A stretch of DNA of 64,000 nucleotides from Verrucomicrobiales bacterium (GTDB taxonomy: Bacteria > Verrucomicrobiota > Verrucomicrobiia > Verrucomicrobiales > DEV007): assembly GCA_041742015.1 (NCBI GenBank), contig JBGSJM010000216.1, positions 20,092 through 84,091 on the forward strand, read 5' to 3'. Positions 1-9,114 of the stretch are shown piece by piece. Numbering within the stretch: the stretch's first letter is position 1; every line of letters starts with the position of its first letter. Made by a program: the position numbers and the translations under genes. The notes beneath the pieces are model-generated. The model saw only the letters and a program-made list of their open reading frames with translations, ran no database searches and was not told the origin of the DNA.

Positions 1-238
1 CAATCGCCGCTTCGGGCCTCGCAATCGCCGCTTCGGGTCTCGCAATCGCCGCTTCGGGTCTCGCAATCGCCGCTTCGGGTCTCGCAATCGCGTCTCAGGC
101 CTTCGCAATCGCCGCTTCGGGTCTCGCAATCGCGTCTCAGGCCTTCGCAATCGCGTCTCAGGCCTTCGCAATCGCGTCTCAGGCCTTCGCAATCGCCGCT
201 TCGGGCATCGCAATCGCGTCTCAGGCCTTCGCAATTGC
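1..238. repeat. 21-bp tandem array of two unit types (runs off left edge)
   Basis: Units GCAATCGCCGCTTCGGGTCTC (A) and GCAATCGCGTCTCAGGCCTTC (B) start at 21,42,63,84,...,231. Order AAAABABBBAB plus a partial unit; shared core TCGCAATCGC. Confidence 0.95.
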
Positions 239-371
239 ATTTCAGAGTTTTCGGCAAAAATCGTTCTAATTCAACAACCCATATAACAAAAATACCGATT
301 TTAACCAGGTAAAGAAACTAAAAAGGCACCGCTTCGTGTTTTCACACGCCAAGCCCCAATAAGGGAGGGAT

Positions 372-423
372 TCCGTAGCTCAGCCCGGGGTTGGCGATAG
401 CCTACCCCGGGCTGAGCTACGGA
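372..423. repeat. REP-like long hairpin (GTAG type)
   Basis: TCCGTAGCTCAGCCCGGGG (372-390) is the exact reverse complement of CCCCGGGCTGAGCTACGGA (405-423); inner GGC-GATA-GCC. Confidence 0.8.
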
Positions 424-544
424 GTAACCCGCCCGAACCCTGAGAAGGGTTCCGTAATAGTCGGGTCGCCCTTTCGTAAGCCCTTCAGGCTTGGTTTGCT
501 TTTTGTTTATTTAATCCTGTCGCAACCCCGCACTAAGTTGCGGA

Positions 545-810
545 ATCCCTCCGATCTGGACATCGTGGAGATGAACAAAGACATTGCCTTAGCCCGACAA
601 TTGCCGCAAATCGAGGCGAAGGCGGAAAAGGTTGCTGATCTGGTGCGCTGCAGCCTGATCGCAACGATGAGCGACGCCTTCGCGGAATCCCGCAAGATAT
701 ACCGGGTGGGAAAGGCCAAGGGCCAGACCCCGGCCAACGCCGCATTTTTGGAAGCCTACGGTGAGCATTTTGGTCGCGGCCCGCAGGAGCCAACGACGCC
801 GACGACCTGA
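545..810 (+). pseudogene. 3' remnant of a hypothetical helical protein gene
   Basis: Protein-like C-terminal part of ORF 391-810 (DLDIVEMNKD...MSDAFAESRKIY...FGRGPQEPTTPTT). The upstream part of the ORF is only the translated REP hairpin. Confidence 0.5.
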
Positions 811-938
811 AAAGCAGTAGAGGCTAATCGACTCGCGAGTAATCCTCGAAGGGAGGGGCGTTTTGCGGCTGCCCACAGGGGCTGGTTTGACCCTACTCTG
901 TGTAACCAGACCGATGGCTCGAATAACAGGTGCTTACG

Positions 939-963
939 GGTAGAGGGGAGGTTACCCTCTACC
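939..963. repeat. short GTAG-led hairpin (REP-like or terminator)
   Basis: GGTAGAGGG-gaggtta-CCCTCTACC between convergent genes. Confidence 0.45.
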
Positions 964-1079
964 GGCACCACAGGCCCTTTTTGAAAGCGAAATTGAGCAG
1001 ATTTACTGGCTTTTTTTTGATAACGAGGCTGCCTCGATTATGAGACTGAAGAAGGCTTTGCTATCGTTTTAGATGTGGG

Positions 1080-2015
1080 CTACTCGCCATTAATACTTCC
1101 TAGCTTCCGCCTTGGGTCTCGCAACTTAGGCTCATCGGTGCAGACAATCTCCGCATGGGAGAAGTTGTCAGTGCGTGAGTATAAAAATCGCAGAGAGGAT
1201 TCAACTTGCATGGAGTTGTAATAAAGTATGTTATCGGCACACGCTGCCTCTGCCGTCATCCCGTCAACATTCGCCATCTCACGGTGGTGATTGCGCTCGA
1301 ACATGACAAGCAAAACGTCGTGGGCGAGGGGGAATGCAATCTCAATTCCTGGTGACGCAATGCCAATGTGCGTTATTAGGGTATCGTGAACGTGCGGTCG
1401 GACACCAATAGGATGGTCGGAAGTGAAAAAGTGGCCATGACCAGATGAACGAAGAAAACACCAAATGTGGTTCGCAAAAATCTTCTGATAGTGACGGATT
1501 GTGTTGTGCTGTAGTATAGAATTAATATGAAAGCCTTTGCTGTTCCAGTTTTTCGGATCGGCAGGAATTGGCGGTGAACAATTGGCAAGTTCCTTATCGG
1601 TGGCACCGCGCTGCTTCAGCTGGGCGATAATCCCCAGCATAATTTGTTCTTCATCGAGACGCTCACTTGGCGTTCTCATCATTTGAAGCGCAATCATCTC
1701 GCTGACTGTTGAGCGAATGTAGGCTGTGACTCCTGGCGCAATCCCAGCTCGAACCCTATTCACCAGTAGCTTAACAACTGCACTCCAGCGGCGCTCGGCG
1801 GCAGCCAGGCAATTCTCTAAATATTGCGCCTGTCCGGTGGCCTTCGCAAGATCTGGATCGTCGTAGAAGTAGCCATCACAAGCTACATTCTCCGTCGATG
1901 CCGGGAACGTGCGGGCATGTTCCTTGTCGTAAACCCAAACCTTCTCTGCCGAGTCGGCGAAGTGTCGTAGTAAGAATTGAGGCACGAAGTGCTGCTTCCT
2001 GGTCATCTGGCCCAT
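1080..2015 (-). CDS. DUF4238 domain protein
   Basis: N-terminal KQHFVPQFLLRHF and internal FFTSDHPI...FPL motifs typical of DUF4238; 311 aa. Confidence 0.85.
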   Translation of the reverse strand: MGQMTRKQHFVPQFLLRHFADSAEKVWVYDKEHARTFPASTENVACDGYFYDDPDLAKATGQAQYLENCLAAAERRWSAVVKLLVNRVRAGIAPGVTAYIRSTVSEMIALQMMRTPSERLDEEQIMLGIIAQLKQRGATDKELANCSPPIPADPKNWNSKGFHINSILQHNTIRHYQKIFANHIWCFLRSSGHGHFFTSDHPIGVRPHVHDTLITHIGIASPGIEIAFPLAHDVLLVMFERNHHREMANVDGMTAEAACADNILYYNSMQVESSLRFLYSRTDNFSHAEIVCTDEPKLRDPRRKLGSINGE

Positions 2016-2333
2016 GATTAGTTGGTTTGGTGAACAGTTTGATTCTAGATGGAAAGGCGTATCTCAGTGGACTGGAAACTCAAGGAATTCTCAGAAATGC
2101 ATCTTGTCTCTGTCCGGCAAGCTTTCAACAAAAAAATTACCTAGAGTGTTGCACCCTTCCGCAGCAAGACTGAGCGCTCAAACAAAAGGGCTTCCAAAAG
2201 CAATTTTCGATAACTTTTGCCGGGGAAATCCTACGGGGTGGGCGCCAATTTTAATTTCCCCTTATGAAACAAAAAAACGGATTTTTGTAATCAAATCGAT
2301 TAGGATTCGATTCATAGGGGAAAGCATCTTATT

Positions 2334-5300
2334 ATGAAGCCATCACACCCAATTTATCTCGCTGCTATTCTCACGTCCGTTTTTACGGCGTGTTTTGCCG
2401 GGCCTATTTTATTCTCACAAGACTGGGCACCGGGAGAAGAGGAGGTGCACAACCAATATAAAGAACTCAATGCAGCCGGTAAGTATGCTGAGGCCATTCC
2501 TCCAGCACTGAAATGCCTCGCCATCTGCGAAGAGCACTTTGGTCCCGATCACAGCGCTACTGCCGCCAGCCTCAATAATTTGGCAGCGCTTTACCGGGTA
2601 ATGGGTAACTACGCACAGGCAGAGCCTCTCCACCAGCGCGCCTTGCGGATCCGCGAAAAGCAGCTTGGCCCCGATCACCCCGATACCGCCACCAGCCTTA
2701 GCAACCTGGCAGGTCTCTACGCGGATATGGCGAACTACGCCCAGGCAGAACCCCTCTACCAGCGCGCCCTGCGTATCAACGAAATGCGGCTTGGCCCCGA
2801 TCACCCCGAAACCGCTGTCAGCCTCAACAACCTGGCAGCACTCTACCATAAAGTGGGCAACCACGCCCAGGCAGAACCCCTCTACCAGCGCGCCCTGCGT
2901 ATCGACGAAAAACAGCTTGGCCCCGATCACCCCGATACCGCCATCAGCATTGGCAACCTGGCAAGTCTCTACGCGGATATGGCGAACTACGCCCAAGCGG
3001 AACTCTTCTACCAGCGTGGCCTGGAGATCCGCGAAAAGCAGCTCGGTCCCGACCACCCCGATACTGCACTCAGTCTCAGCAATCTGGCAGTATTCTACGA
3101 GGCCATTGGCAACTACGGCCAGGCAGAGCCCCTCTACCAACGATCCCTGCAGATCCGCGAGAAGCAGCTCGGACCCGATCACCCCGATACTGCCGTCTCT
3201 CTCAACAACCTGGCAGCGCTCCACGACACCTTGGGGAACTACGCTTTGGCAGAACCCCTCTACCAGCGGTCTCTGAAGATCCTCGAAAAGCAGCTTGGCC
3301 CCAATCACCCCAATACCGCCACCAGTCTCAACAACCTAGCGTATCTCTACCATAAAATGAGAAACTACGCCCAGGCAGAACCCCTCCACCAACGCGCCCT
3401 CCGGATCCGCGAAAAGCAGCTTGGGCCCGATCACCCCGATACTGCCATGAGCCTTAGCAACCTGGCACGTCTTTTCCAGGACATTGGCAACTATGTTCAG
3501 GCAGAACCCCTCTTCCAGCGCGACCTGCGGATCTGCGAAAAGCAGCTTGGTTCTGAACACCCTACTACCGCCGGCAGCCTCAAAAACCTGGCGTTTCTCT
3601 ACCAAGCCATGGGCAACCGGCAGGCTGGTCTCGATTACGCCAGGTCAACCGCCAAAGTGGAGACCAGGCACTTGGAGCATATGCTTTCCTTCACCAACGA
3701 AAGTGAGCGCTTTGCCTTTCAGCGCACCCTCAAACCATACGATCTCCCGGCCACTCTCGAAGACGGTTTGGAATCAGCCAATGCGGTGCTGCGGTACAAG
3801 GGCATCATCCTGGAAAGCCTCTTGGAGGATCGCCGCGCCGCAAGCGCCTCACGTGATCCAGCTTTGATAAAGGATCAAACCCGAATCAGGGATCTAAAAG
3901 TCCGCTTGAAGCCGATGCTGATGGGCGGCCAGAGCGGCGGGCTCAAACCGGACGAAATCCTGGAGCTTCAGAAGCAGTTGATGGAGGCGGAAAAGTCTTT
4001 GGCCCGCTCCGTCAACGGTTTGGGCAGCGTGCGGCAGTCCATGGCCGTCACGGTGCAGGATGTCACTTCGGCCCTTCCCAGGGACATGGCCCTGGTCGAG
4101 TATTTCCGGTATAATCGCTACCTGGGAAAAGACCAGAGGGAATTCAATTACGGGGCTGTGGTGATCCGCCGGGGCAGCGAACCAGCCTTTGTGCGCTGCG
4201 GAAGTGCTGAGCTGATCGAGGCGGCGGTCACAGCCTACCGGGAAGCCATCGAACAAGTTGCCATCGGATCGGTTGACGAAGCCACCATCAAAACGAAAAG
4301 CCGGGAACTTCATGGGCTGCTTATCGCAAAACTGGTCCCGCACCTGAGCGGCATCAACCAACTGACGATCTGCCCCGATGGCATCCTTCATTTTCTCCCC
4401 TTTGCCACCCTGTTGGATGAGCGAGATCGCTTTCTCGCGGAGACCACTTTCCTCTACCACGTAGCGAGCGGCCGGGACCTTATCTCCAAGCGGGGGCGGA
4501 GCGTCCCGCATTCCCCTGCCTTTGTGGCGGGGAATGCCCTTTTTACCTGCGAAACTGGTCCCGGAGGGACTTTGGCTGCAAACGCAGATCCAGGAGCGTC
4601 CTCGCTGCTAGCCTCACTTCGCTCCGGACTGGGTGCGGAGATGTCCGCAATCAAACTGCTCCCCCTGCCGGGAACGCTCCTGGAAACGAAAAACGTGGCG
4701 GAAGCTTTGAATACCCGCACAGGCTCCATCAGTGCCACCGGTGCCCAGGTCTCGGAATCCGTTCTCCGCAGTCTCAAATCTCCTTCGATCCTCCACTTGG
4801 CGACCCACGGATTCTTTTTGACGGATGCGGAAGGGCCTGCGGAGAAGGACAAAGGCATGTCCCCGGCCCCGGCCCGGCCAACGGGTCCACCGATGAAGAA
4901 CCCCATGCACCGCAGTGGCCTTGCCCTGAGCGGAGCGCAAAACACTCTGGACGCCTGGGCTCGTGGGGAGATTCCCGATCCGAATAACGATGGCCTGCTA
5001 CTTGCCGCCGAGGTGGCGGAACTCAATCTGGATGGCACCGAACTGGTCACCCTGAGCGCCTGCAAGACCGCCCTGGGAGACATTGTTTCCGGGGAGGGTA
5101 TTCTCGGGATGCGGCGGGCGTTCGCCATGGCCGGTGCCCGCAATGTCCTAATGACACTCTGGGACATTGCTGATGAGCCAACCGCCGGTTTCATGAAGGA
5201 CTTTTACCAGCTCTTCGGGAAAAATCGCAACACTCCGCAGGCACTCAGTGCGATGCAGCGGGATTGGTTGGTCCGCCTCCGCAAAGAGGAAGATCTGGGC

Positions 5301-5372
5301 ATCGCCGTCTATCTCGCCGGCCCGTTTGTCATGACCGCACAGGCGAAGCGATTGGATAACCCAACTCACTGA
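2334..5372 (+). CDS. TPR-repeat CHAT-domain (caspase-like) protease, probably exported
   Basis: Hydrophobic N-terminus; nine 42-aa kinesin-light-chain-type TPRs (LGPDHPDTAxSLxNLA); CHAT motifs PDGxLHxLPF, LHLATHG, LSAC. Confidence 0.93.
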   Translation: MKPSHPIYLAAILTSVFTACFAGPILFSQDWAPGEEEVHNQYKELNAAGKYAEAIPPALKCLAICEEHFGPDHSATAASLNNLAALYRVMGNYAQAEPLHQRALRIREKQLGPDHPDTATSLSNLAGLYADMANYAQAEPLYQRALRINEMRLGPDHPETAVSLNNLAALYHKVGNHAQAEPLYQRALRIDEKQLGPDHPDTAISIGNLASLYADMANYAQAELFYQRGLEIREKQLGPDHPDTALSLSNLAVFYEAIGNYGQAEPLYQRSLQIREKQLGPDHPDTAVSLNNLAALHDTLGNYALAEPLYQRSLKILEKQLGPNHPNTATSLNNLAYLYHKMRNYAQAEPLHQRALRIREKQLGPDHPDTAMSLSNLARLFQDIGNYVQAEPLFQRDLRICEKQLGSEHPTTAGSLKNLAFLYQAMGNRQAGLDYARSTAKVETRHLEHMLSFTNESERFAFQRTLKPYDLPATLEDGLESANAVLRYKGIILESLLEDRRAASASRDPALIKDQTRIRDLKVRLKPMLMGGQSGGLKPDEILELQKQLMEAEKSLARSVNGLGSVRQSMAVTVQDVTSALPRDMALVEYFRYNRYLGKDQREFNYGAVVIRRGSEPAFVRCGSAELIEAAVTAYREAIEQVAIGSVDEATIKTKSRELHGLLIAKLVPHLSGINQLTICPDGILHFLPFATLLDERDRFLAETTFLYHVASGRDLISKRGRSVPHSPAFVAGNALFTCETGPGGTLAANADPGASSLLASLRSGLGAEMSAIKLLPLPGTLLETKNVAEALNTRTGSISATGAQVSESVLRSLKSPSILHLATHGFFLTDAEGPAEKDKGMSPAPARPTGPPMKNPMHRSGLALSGAQNTLDAWARGEIPDPNNDGLLLAAEVAELNLDGTELVTLSACKTALGDIVSGEGILGMRRAFAMAGARNVLMTLWDIADEPTAGFMKDFYQLFGKNRNTPQALSAMQRDWLVRLRKEEDLGIAVYLAGPFVMTAQAKRLDNPTH

Positions 5373-5557
5373 CCATGAATAGGCACGGATCCAAGGTCTC
5401 ACGAAAAAGAAACAAAGGAATTAGCCTCAATATAAAAATAGCGCAGGGAAACGCCGCAATCCCACTTTTTAAAAGCGTTCCAGCCGCACCTTTATTTGGA
5501 GCTAGGAGTTCTTCTCCCCGAGCCTCCTTCGCAGTTCTTAAGTCCAAAAGGAAATAC

Positions 5558-5998
5558 CTACGGTACTACATTCACTCCGATCAGCCCGAAGAGCGGGGTC
5601 GCCGCGAGAAGGTGCTTGTCGTTGGAGTGAATCTCTGCGAATCCATTCTCGGAGGCGGTTGCGAGATGGAGGGCATCAGCAGCGCGGAGGTAAGTATTGG
5701 CTGGGGCAGTGGCGAAGACGTTTTCGATGCGGTCGATGATGGTGTCGGAGAGAGAAAGCAAGGAAATCGTATCTGAAGCGACGTCGGCATTAAACTGGGC
5801 AAAGACGCTCCGCAGGATGTTGTGCGTGGCGAGGCCTTCGCGGACTTTCCGGAAACCGATGGAATAAAACTCAGCCCGGCCATGCTGGGAGCACACGATC
5901 TGTCCGGCTTTGGTTGCCAGGGCTTGAACCTCTGCGGAGCCAGGCTCAATCCAGTGAAGTTTGCCCAGATAAGCCGCGTCAAAAAATAATTGCTTCAT
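5558..5998 (-). CDS. vapC: PIN-domain toxin, VapC family
   Basis: FFDAAYL, LRAADALHLATA, SNDKHL acidic PIN motifs; 4-bp overlap with upstream antitoxin. Confidence 0.85.
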   Translation of the reverse strand: MKQLFFDAAYLGKLHWIEPGSAEVQALATKAGQIVCSQHGRAEFYSIGFRKVREGLATHNILRSVFAQFNADVASDTISLLSLSDTIIDRIENVFATAPANTYLRAADALHLATASENGFAEIHSNDKHLLAATPLFGLIGVNVVP

Positions 5999-6270
5999 CG
6001 GGCATCACGTTCCTCAGAGATTCCGATGGCACAGTCTGTGTCGGAGTCCAGAGCGCCAGACTTCAGCAACGCCTCGTATTCTGGCAGTAGCTTCCGATTG
6101 GCCCACTTTGATTGTGAGGTGTTCGCAGAGGGCTCATTCTCTTCCTTGGCGAGGGCCGATTCGATAAGGTAGATCGCCTCCTGCGTAACCGAACGTCTGT
6201 GGGTCGCAGCAATCTGCCGCAGCCTGGCGTGAAGATCTTCCGGGAAGGATTCGATGACAAGTGTCGCCAT
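5995..6270 (-). CDS. Ribbon-helix-helix (FitA/Arc-like) antitoxin
   Basis: MATLVIESFPEDLHARLRQIAATHRRSVTQE RHH pattern, translationally coupled to PIN gene. Confidence 0.85.
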   Translation of the reverse strand: MATLVIESFPEDLHARLRQIAATHRRSVTQEAIYLIESALAKEENEPSANTSQSKWANRKLLPEYEALLKSGALDSDTDCAIGISEERDAR

Positions 6271-6421
6271 GGTGCTTCAAATGTAGTAAAATACTTCCTT
6301 TTCGCAACTCGATCTTTCCACAACAAGATAAACCAATCCTAACCACCCGATCAAGTTTGAGAAGCCGAGCGAGGGGGCTGGATGAACGTCCCCTTCGCTG
6401 ATTGAGAAATGGCCCAATCAA

Positions 6422-7648
6422 CTACTTGCGGCGTTTACCGGAGTTTAAAAAATTGCGGGCCAGCAAGATATCAACCGATTTTTGGAGGATGTTATCCTCG
6501 GGCAGGACCGCGTCCCACTCCGTTTTGCGACCATTGTGTTTGGCTACAAAATAGTCCAGCTCTGGATCAGTACCGGCGACGAGGGCCGCCTCATTCATCC
6601 GGGGGCGATCCTTGCGGAAGAGATACTTGGCGAGGACACTTTCTGACCCCTGCGGACCACCATCCGGGAGGGCAAGCGTTGTCGTTGCTTTAAAAATGGC
6701 GTGTTTCCCTGCCAAATTCTGGGTGGACGGGAGGTCCGGGGTGATGCCTTTTTGGAAAATCGAACTTTCGTCCTCCAAAATCACCTCCGCAACAGCGAAA
6801 CGAAGAATGCGGTCCTCCCCGACTGGCACATCCCGGTATTCCACCGTCAACCCCTTGGTTTTCTCCCCGATCACCAGACTGTTGTTTTTCCGTTGCAGCA
6901 CTGCGCCGATGATTTCACCCACATTTCCGGTTTCCTGATCCACGAGCACCACGATTTCCCTGCCCCAGGAGACCTCGTTTGGCTTGGATGGGAAAAGGGT
7001 GGGGCGCTCATTTCCGGGGTTCCGGATTTTGAAAAGCAACTCATTGGGTGGACGGAATCGGCCTAGAATCTCCGCTGCGATCCCAAAATCCGCCTGCGGT
7101 TGCGGGGAACGAAGATCGAGAATCAGGGTCTGGATTTTTTCTTCGTCCCGAAATTCGGTGATGACTTGATCAAAGGAGGAAAGCTCGTCTTTGGTGAATT
7201 TCCCGAAACGAATGTAGCCGATCGCTTCACTGATCCTTGTGGAGTAAAATGCATAGGAAGAATTTCGAGCTGAGCGGGAAGCTTCGGTCAAAAGCATCGC
7301 TCCGAAGTCCAGGCGCTCCAGCAATCCCTGGATCGCCGCCCGGTTTAACTCCAGATAATCGAGTTCCTCGTTTTTGATATACTCCGAGCGGAGCAGGCGG
7401 AAGGCCTCCTGGAGATTGGCTTGATTAAGCCCATCAACCAGCGTTTCGAGACTGTACCCTGTTGTGTCAGTGACTGTACCCTGTTGAATTGGCTTTTCAG
7501 CGACGGCGGTGGTTGCTGCGGTGAGTGGTTTATCAGCGACTGGTGCTACCTTGGGTTCCGCCGCAGAAGGGGGCACCGGAGCCTTTTCATCCGCCCAAAG
7601 AGACAGAGAACAAAGGAAACACGCAATAAAACGATAGAAGGACCGCAT
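6422..7648 (-). CDS. S41 (tail-specific protease) family homologue, catalytic residues apparently lost
   Basis: IGYIRF, LILDLR, VLVDQET..GEIIGAVLQ, VIGEKT, GITPD motifs; signal peptide; start moved to ATG 7648. Confidence 0.75.
   Translation of the reverse strand: MRSFYRFIACFLCSLSLWADEKAPVPPSAAEPKVAPVADKPLTAATTAVAEKPIQQGTVTDTTGYSLETLVDGLNQANLQEAFRLLRSEYIKNEELDYLELNRAAIQGLLERLDFGAMLLTEASRSARNSSYAFYSTRISEAIGYIRFGKFTKDELSSFDQVITEFRDEEKIQTLILDLRSPQPQADFGIAAEILGRFRPPNELLFKIRNPGNERPTLFPSKPNEVSWGREIVVLVDQETGNVGEIIGAVLQRKNNSLVIGEKTKGLTVEYRDVPVGEDRILRFAVAEVILEDESSIFQKGITPDLPSTQNLAGKHAIFKATTTLALPDGGPQGSESVLAKYLFRKDRPRMNEAALVAGTDPELDYFVAKHNGRKTEWDAVLPEDNILQKSVDILLARNFLNSGKRRK
7451..7492 (+). repeat. 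22-bp-phased TGTACCCTGT cluster 1 (2 units, inside CDS)
   Basis: TGTACCCTGTT at 7453 and 7475. Confidence 0.85.
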
Positions 7649-7690
7649 GTTGGTGATCTTAATGCCACCCTCACAGAATTGCCACATAAA

Positions 7691-9007
7691 CTACGGTTGA
7701 CTTAAGTCGAAACAGATCAGGCGCTGTTCCATTTCATTTTGATTGATGAAGAGGCGGCCATTGCTAACCACCGGTGGAGCCCAGGTCTCCGGCGCGTAAA
7801 ACAATCTGCCCTTCGAGAGGATCCTGTAGCCTTCGGGACTGAGATCAAGATGAAGCAACGATCCGTTTTCGCTGAGACATAAGAAAGTGCCCTGCAGGTG
7901 GATCATGTGCCCGTGACCGAGGCTGATCGGGATGTCGCGCCCCTGCCAGGGAATCGTGGTTTTGAAAAAACCCTCGTTCCAAAATGGGCGCCCGGTTGAG
8001 GCATCAACCCCAATCATAAGACCGCCGTTCCCGAAAATGCCATAGAGAAAACCGTCGTGGTAAATCGGGGTTTGAAACTGGCAGCCGAGATCCTGAGATG
8101 TCCAGAGAACCCGTGATCGGAAATCCGAATCATAACTCAACATGACCCCACCCAGACCATAATCCTCGGTGATAAAGATGCGGTTGGGCCCACAGGCCAC
8201 TGGAGAGGCAGCGTTGACACTCGCAAAATTCGTGGACCGCCACGCAAAGGAATCATCCACTTTTCCGTTGGTCGGGTCGATGCAGAGCAGCCCGCCGTGA
8301 GGGGGCTTTGTTTTGCCACCGGCAAAGACAAACAGCCGGTCGACACCATTGATTTTTGTCACAATGGGTGAGGCATAACTTCCGTTCCACTGGTGGTTGG
8401 TCCGCCAGATTTCTTCCCCGGTTTTTTTATTCAGAGCCACCACACAGGCACCCTCCGCGCCCCCGTGGACAATGAGTTTATCCTGGTAAGGCAACGGGCA
8501 CGAGCCCTGGCCAAAGAAAAAGGGCGCTTCGCCGAATTTCTCCGTGAGCTGCATTTTCCAGAGGATTTTGCCGGTCTTCAGCTCCATCGCATGCAGGTCG
8601 GAGTCATTGCCCAGGGAATAAACGGTTTTGGTTTCGAGATCTACCACCGGGCTGGATCTCGGCATGTCGGTGATCCCGTAGGATTGATCGATCTTAATGG
8701 GATAACGAACTTCCCACTGCGATTTCCCAGTTTTGGCATCCAGACAGGTGATCACTTCGTCATTGCCCACGAGATGCATCAGCACCACCAGGTCATCGAC
8801 CACGACTGGACCGGCATGGCCTTTGCCCTTGGGAAATTCCCAGAGTTTTTTGGGGCCTTCTTCGGGAAAATTGAGATTTAGCCCGGTTTCCGCGCTATGG
8901 AGGTTCAAATTGAGCCCCAGGAAATGCGGCCAGTCAGCAGCACGCGCCAATTCAGCCCCGGAGATGGAGCAGAGACAGAAAACAAGAAGTCGGATTTTGT
9001 GAGACAT
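7691..9007 (-). CDS. PQQ-binding-like beta-propeller (BamB-like) protein
   Basis: Signal peptide, ADWPHFLG, repeated LDAKTGKxxW propeller blades. Confidence 0.88.
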   Translation of the reverse strand: MSHKIRLLVFCLCSISGAELARAADWPHFLGLNLNLHSAETGLNLNFPEEGPKKLWEFPKGKGHAGPVVVDDLVVLMHLVGNDEVITCLDAKTGKSQWEVRYPIKIDQSYGITDMPRSSPVVDLETKTVYSLGNDSDLHAMELKTGKILWKMQLTEKFGEAPFFFGQGSCPLPYQDKLIVHGGAEGACVVALNKKTGEEIWRTNHQWNGSYASPIVTKINGVDRLFVFAGGKTKPPHGGLLCIDPTNGKVDDSFAWRSTNFASVNAASPVACGPNRIFITEDYGLGGVMLSYDSDFRSRVLWTSQDLGCQFQTPIYHDGFLYGIFGNGGLMIGVDASTGRPFWNEGFFKTTIPWQGRDIPISLGHGHMIHLQGTFLCLSENGSLLHLDLSPEGYRILSKGRLFYAPETWAPPVVSNGRLFINQNEMEQRLICFDLSQP

Positions 9008-9114
9008 CGGGATTACAGTAATCGGGAATTGGTCTTTGGGACCAATTTTTTGCGCCATACCACTGATAACAACGTCCCGAATGCGGAGGAATTGGAAGAT
9101 AAACAACCAACAGA

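Noticed and set aside
2014-2337. Short ORFs 2014-2337, 5375-5776, 11517-11828 and 54713-55117
   Set aside because: No recognisable motifs, atypical composition or overlap with real genes; treated as intergenic or decayed sequence.
2415-3308. 297-aa antisense ORF and 203-aa alternate-frame ORF in the TPR region
   Set aside because: Shadows of the repetitive TPR coding sequence.
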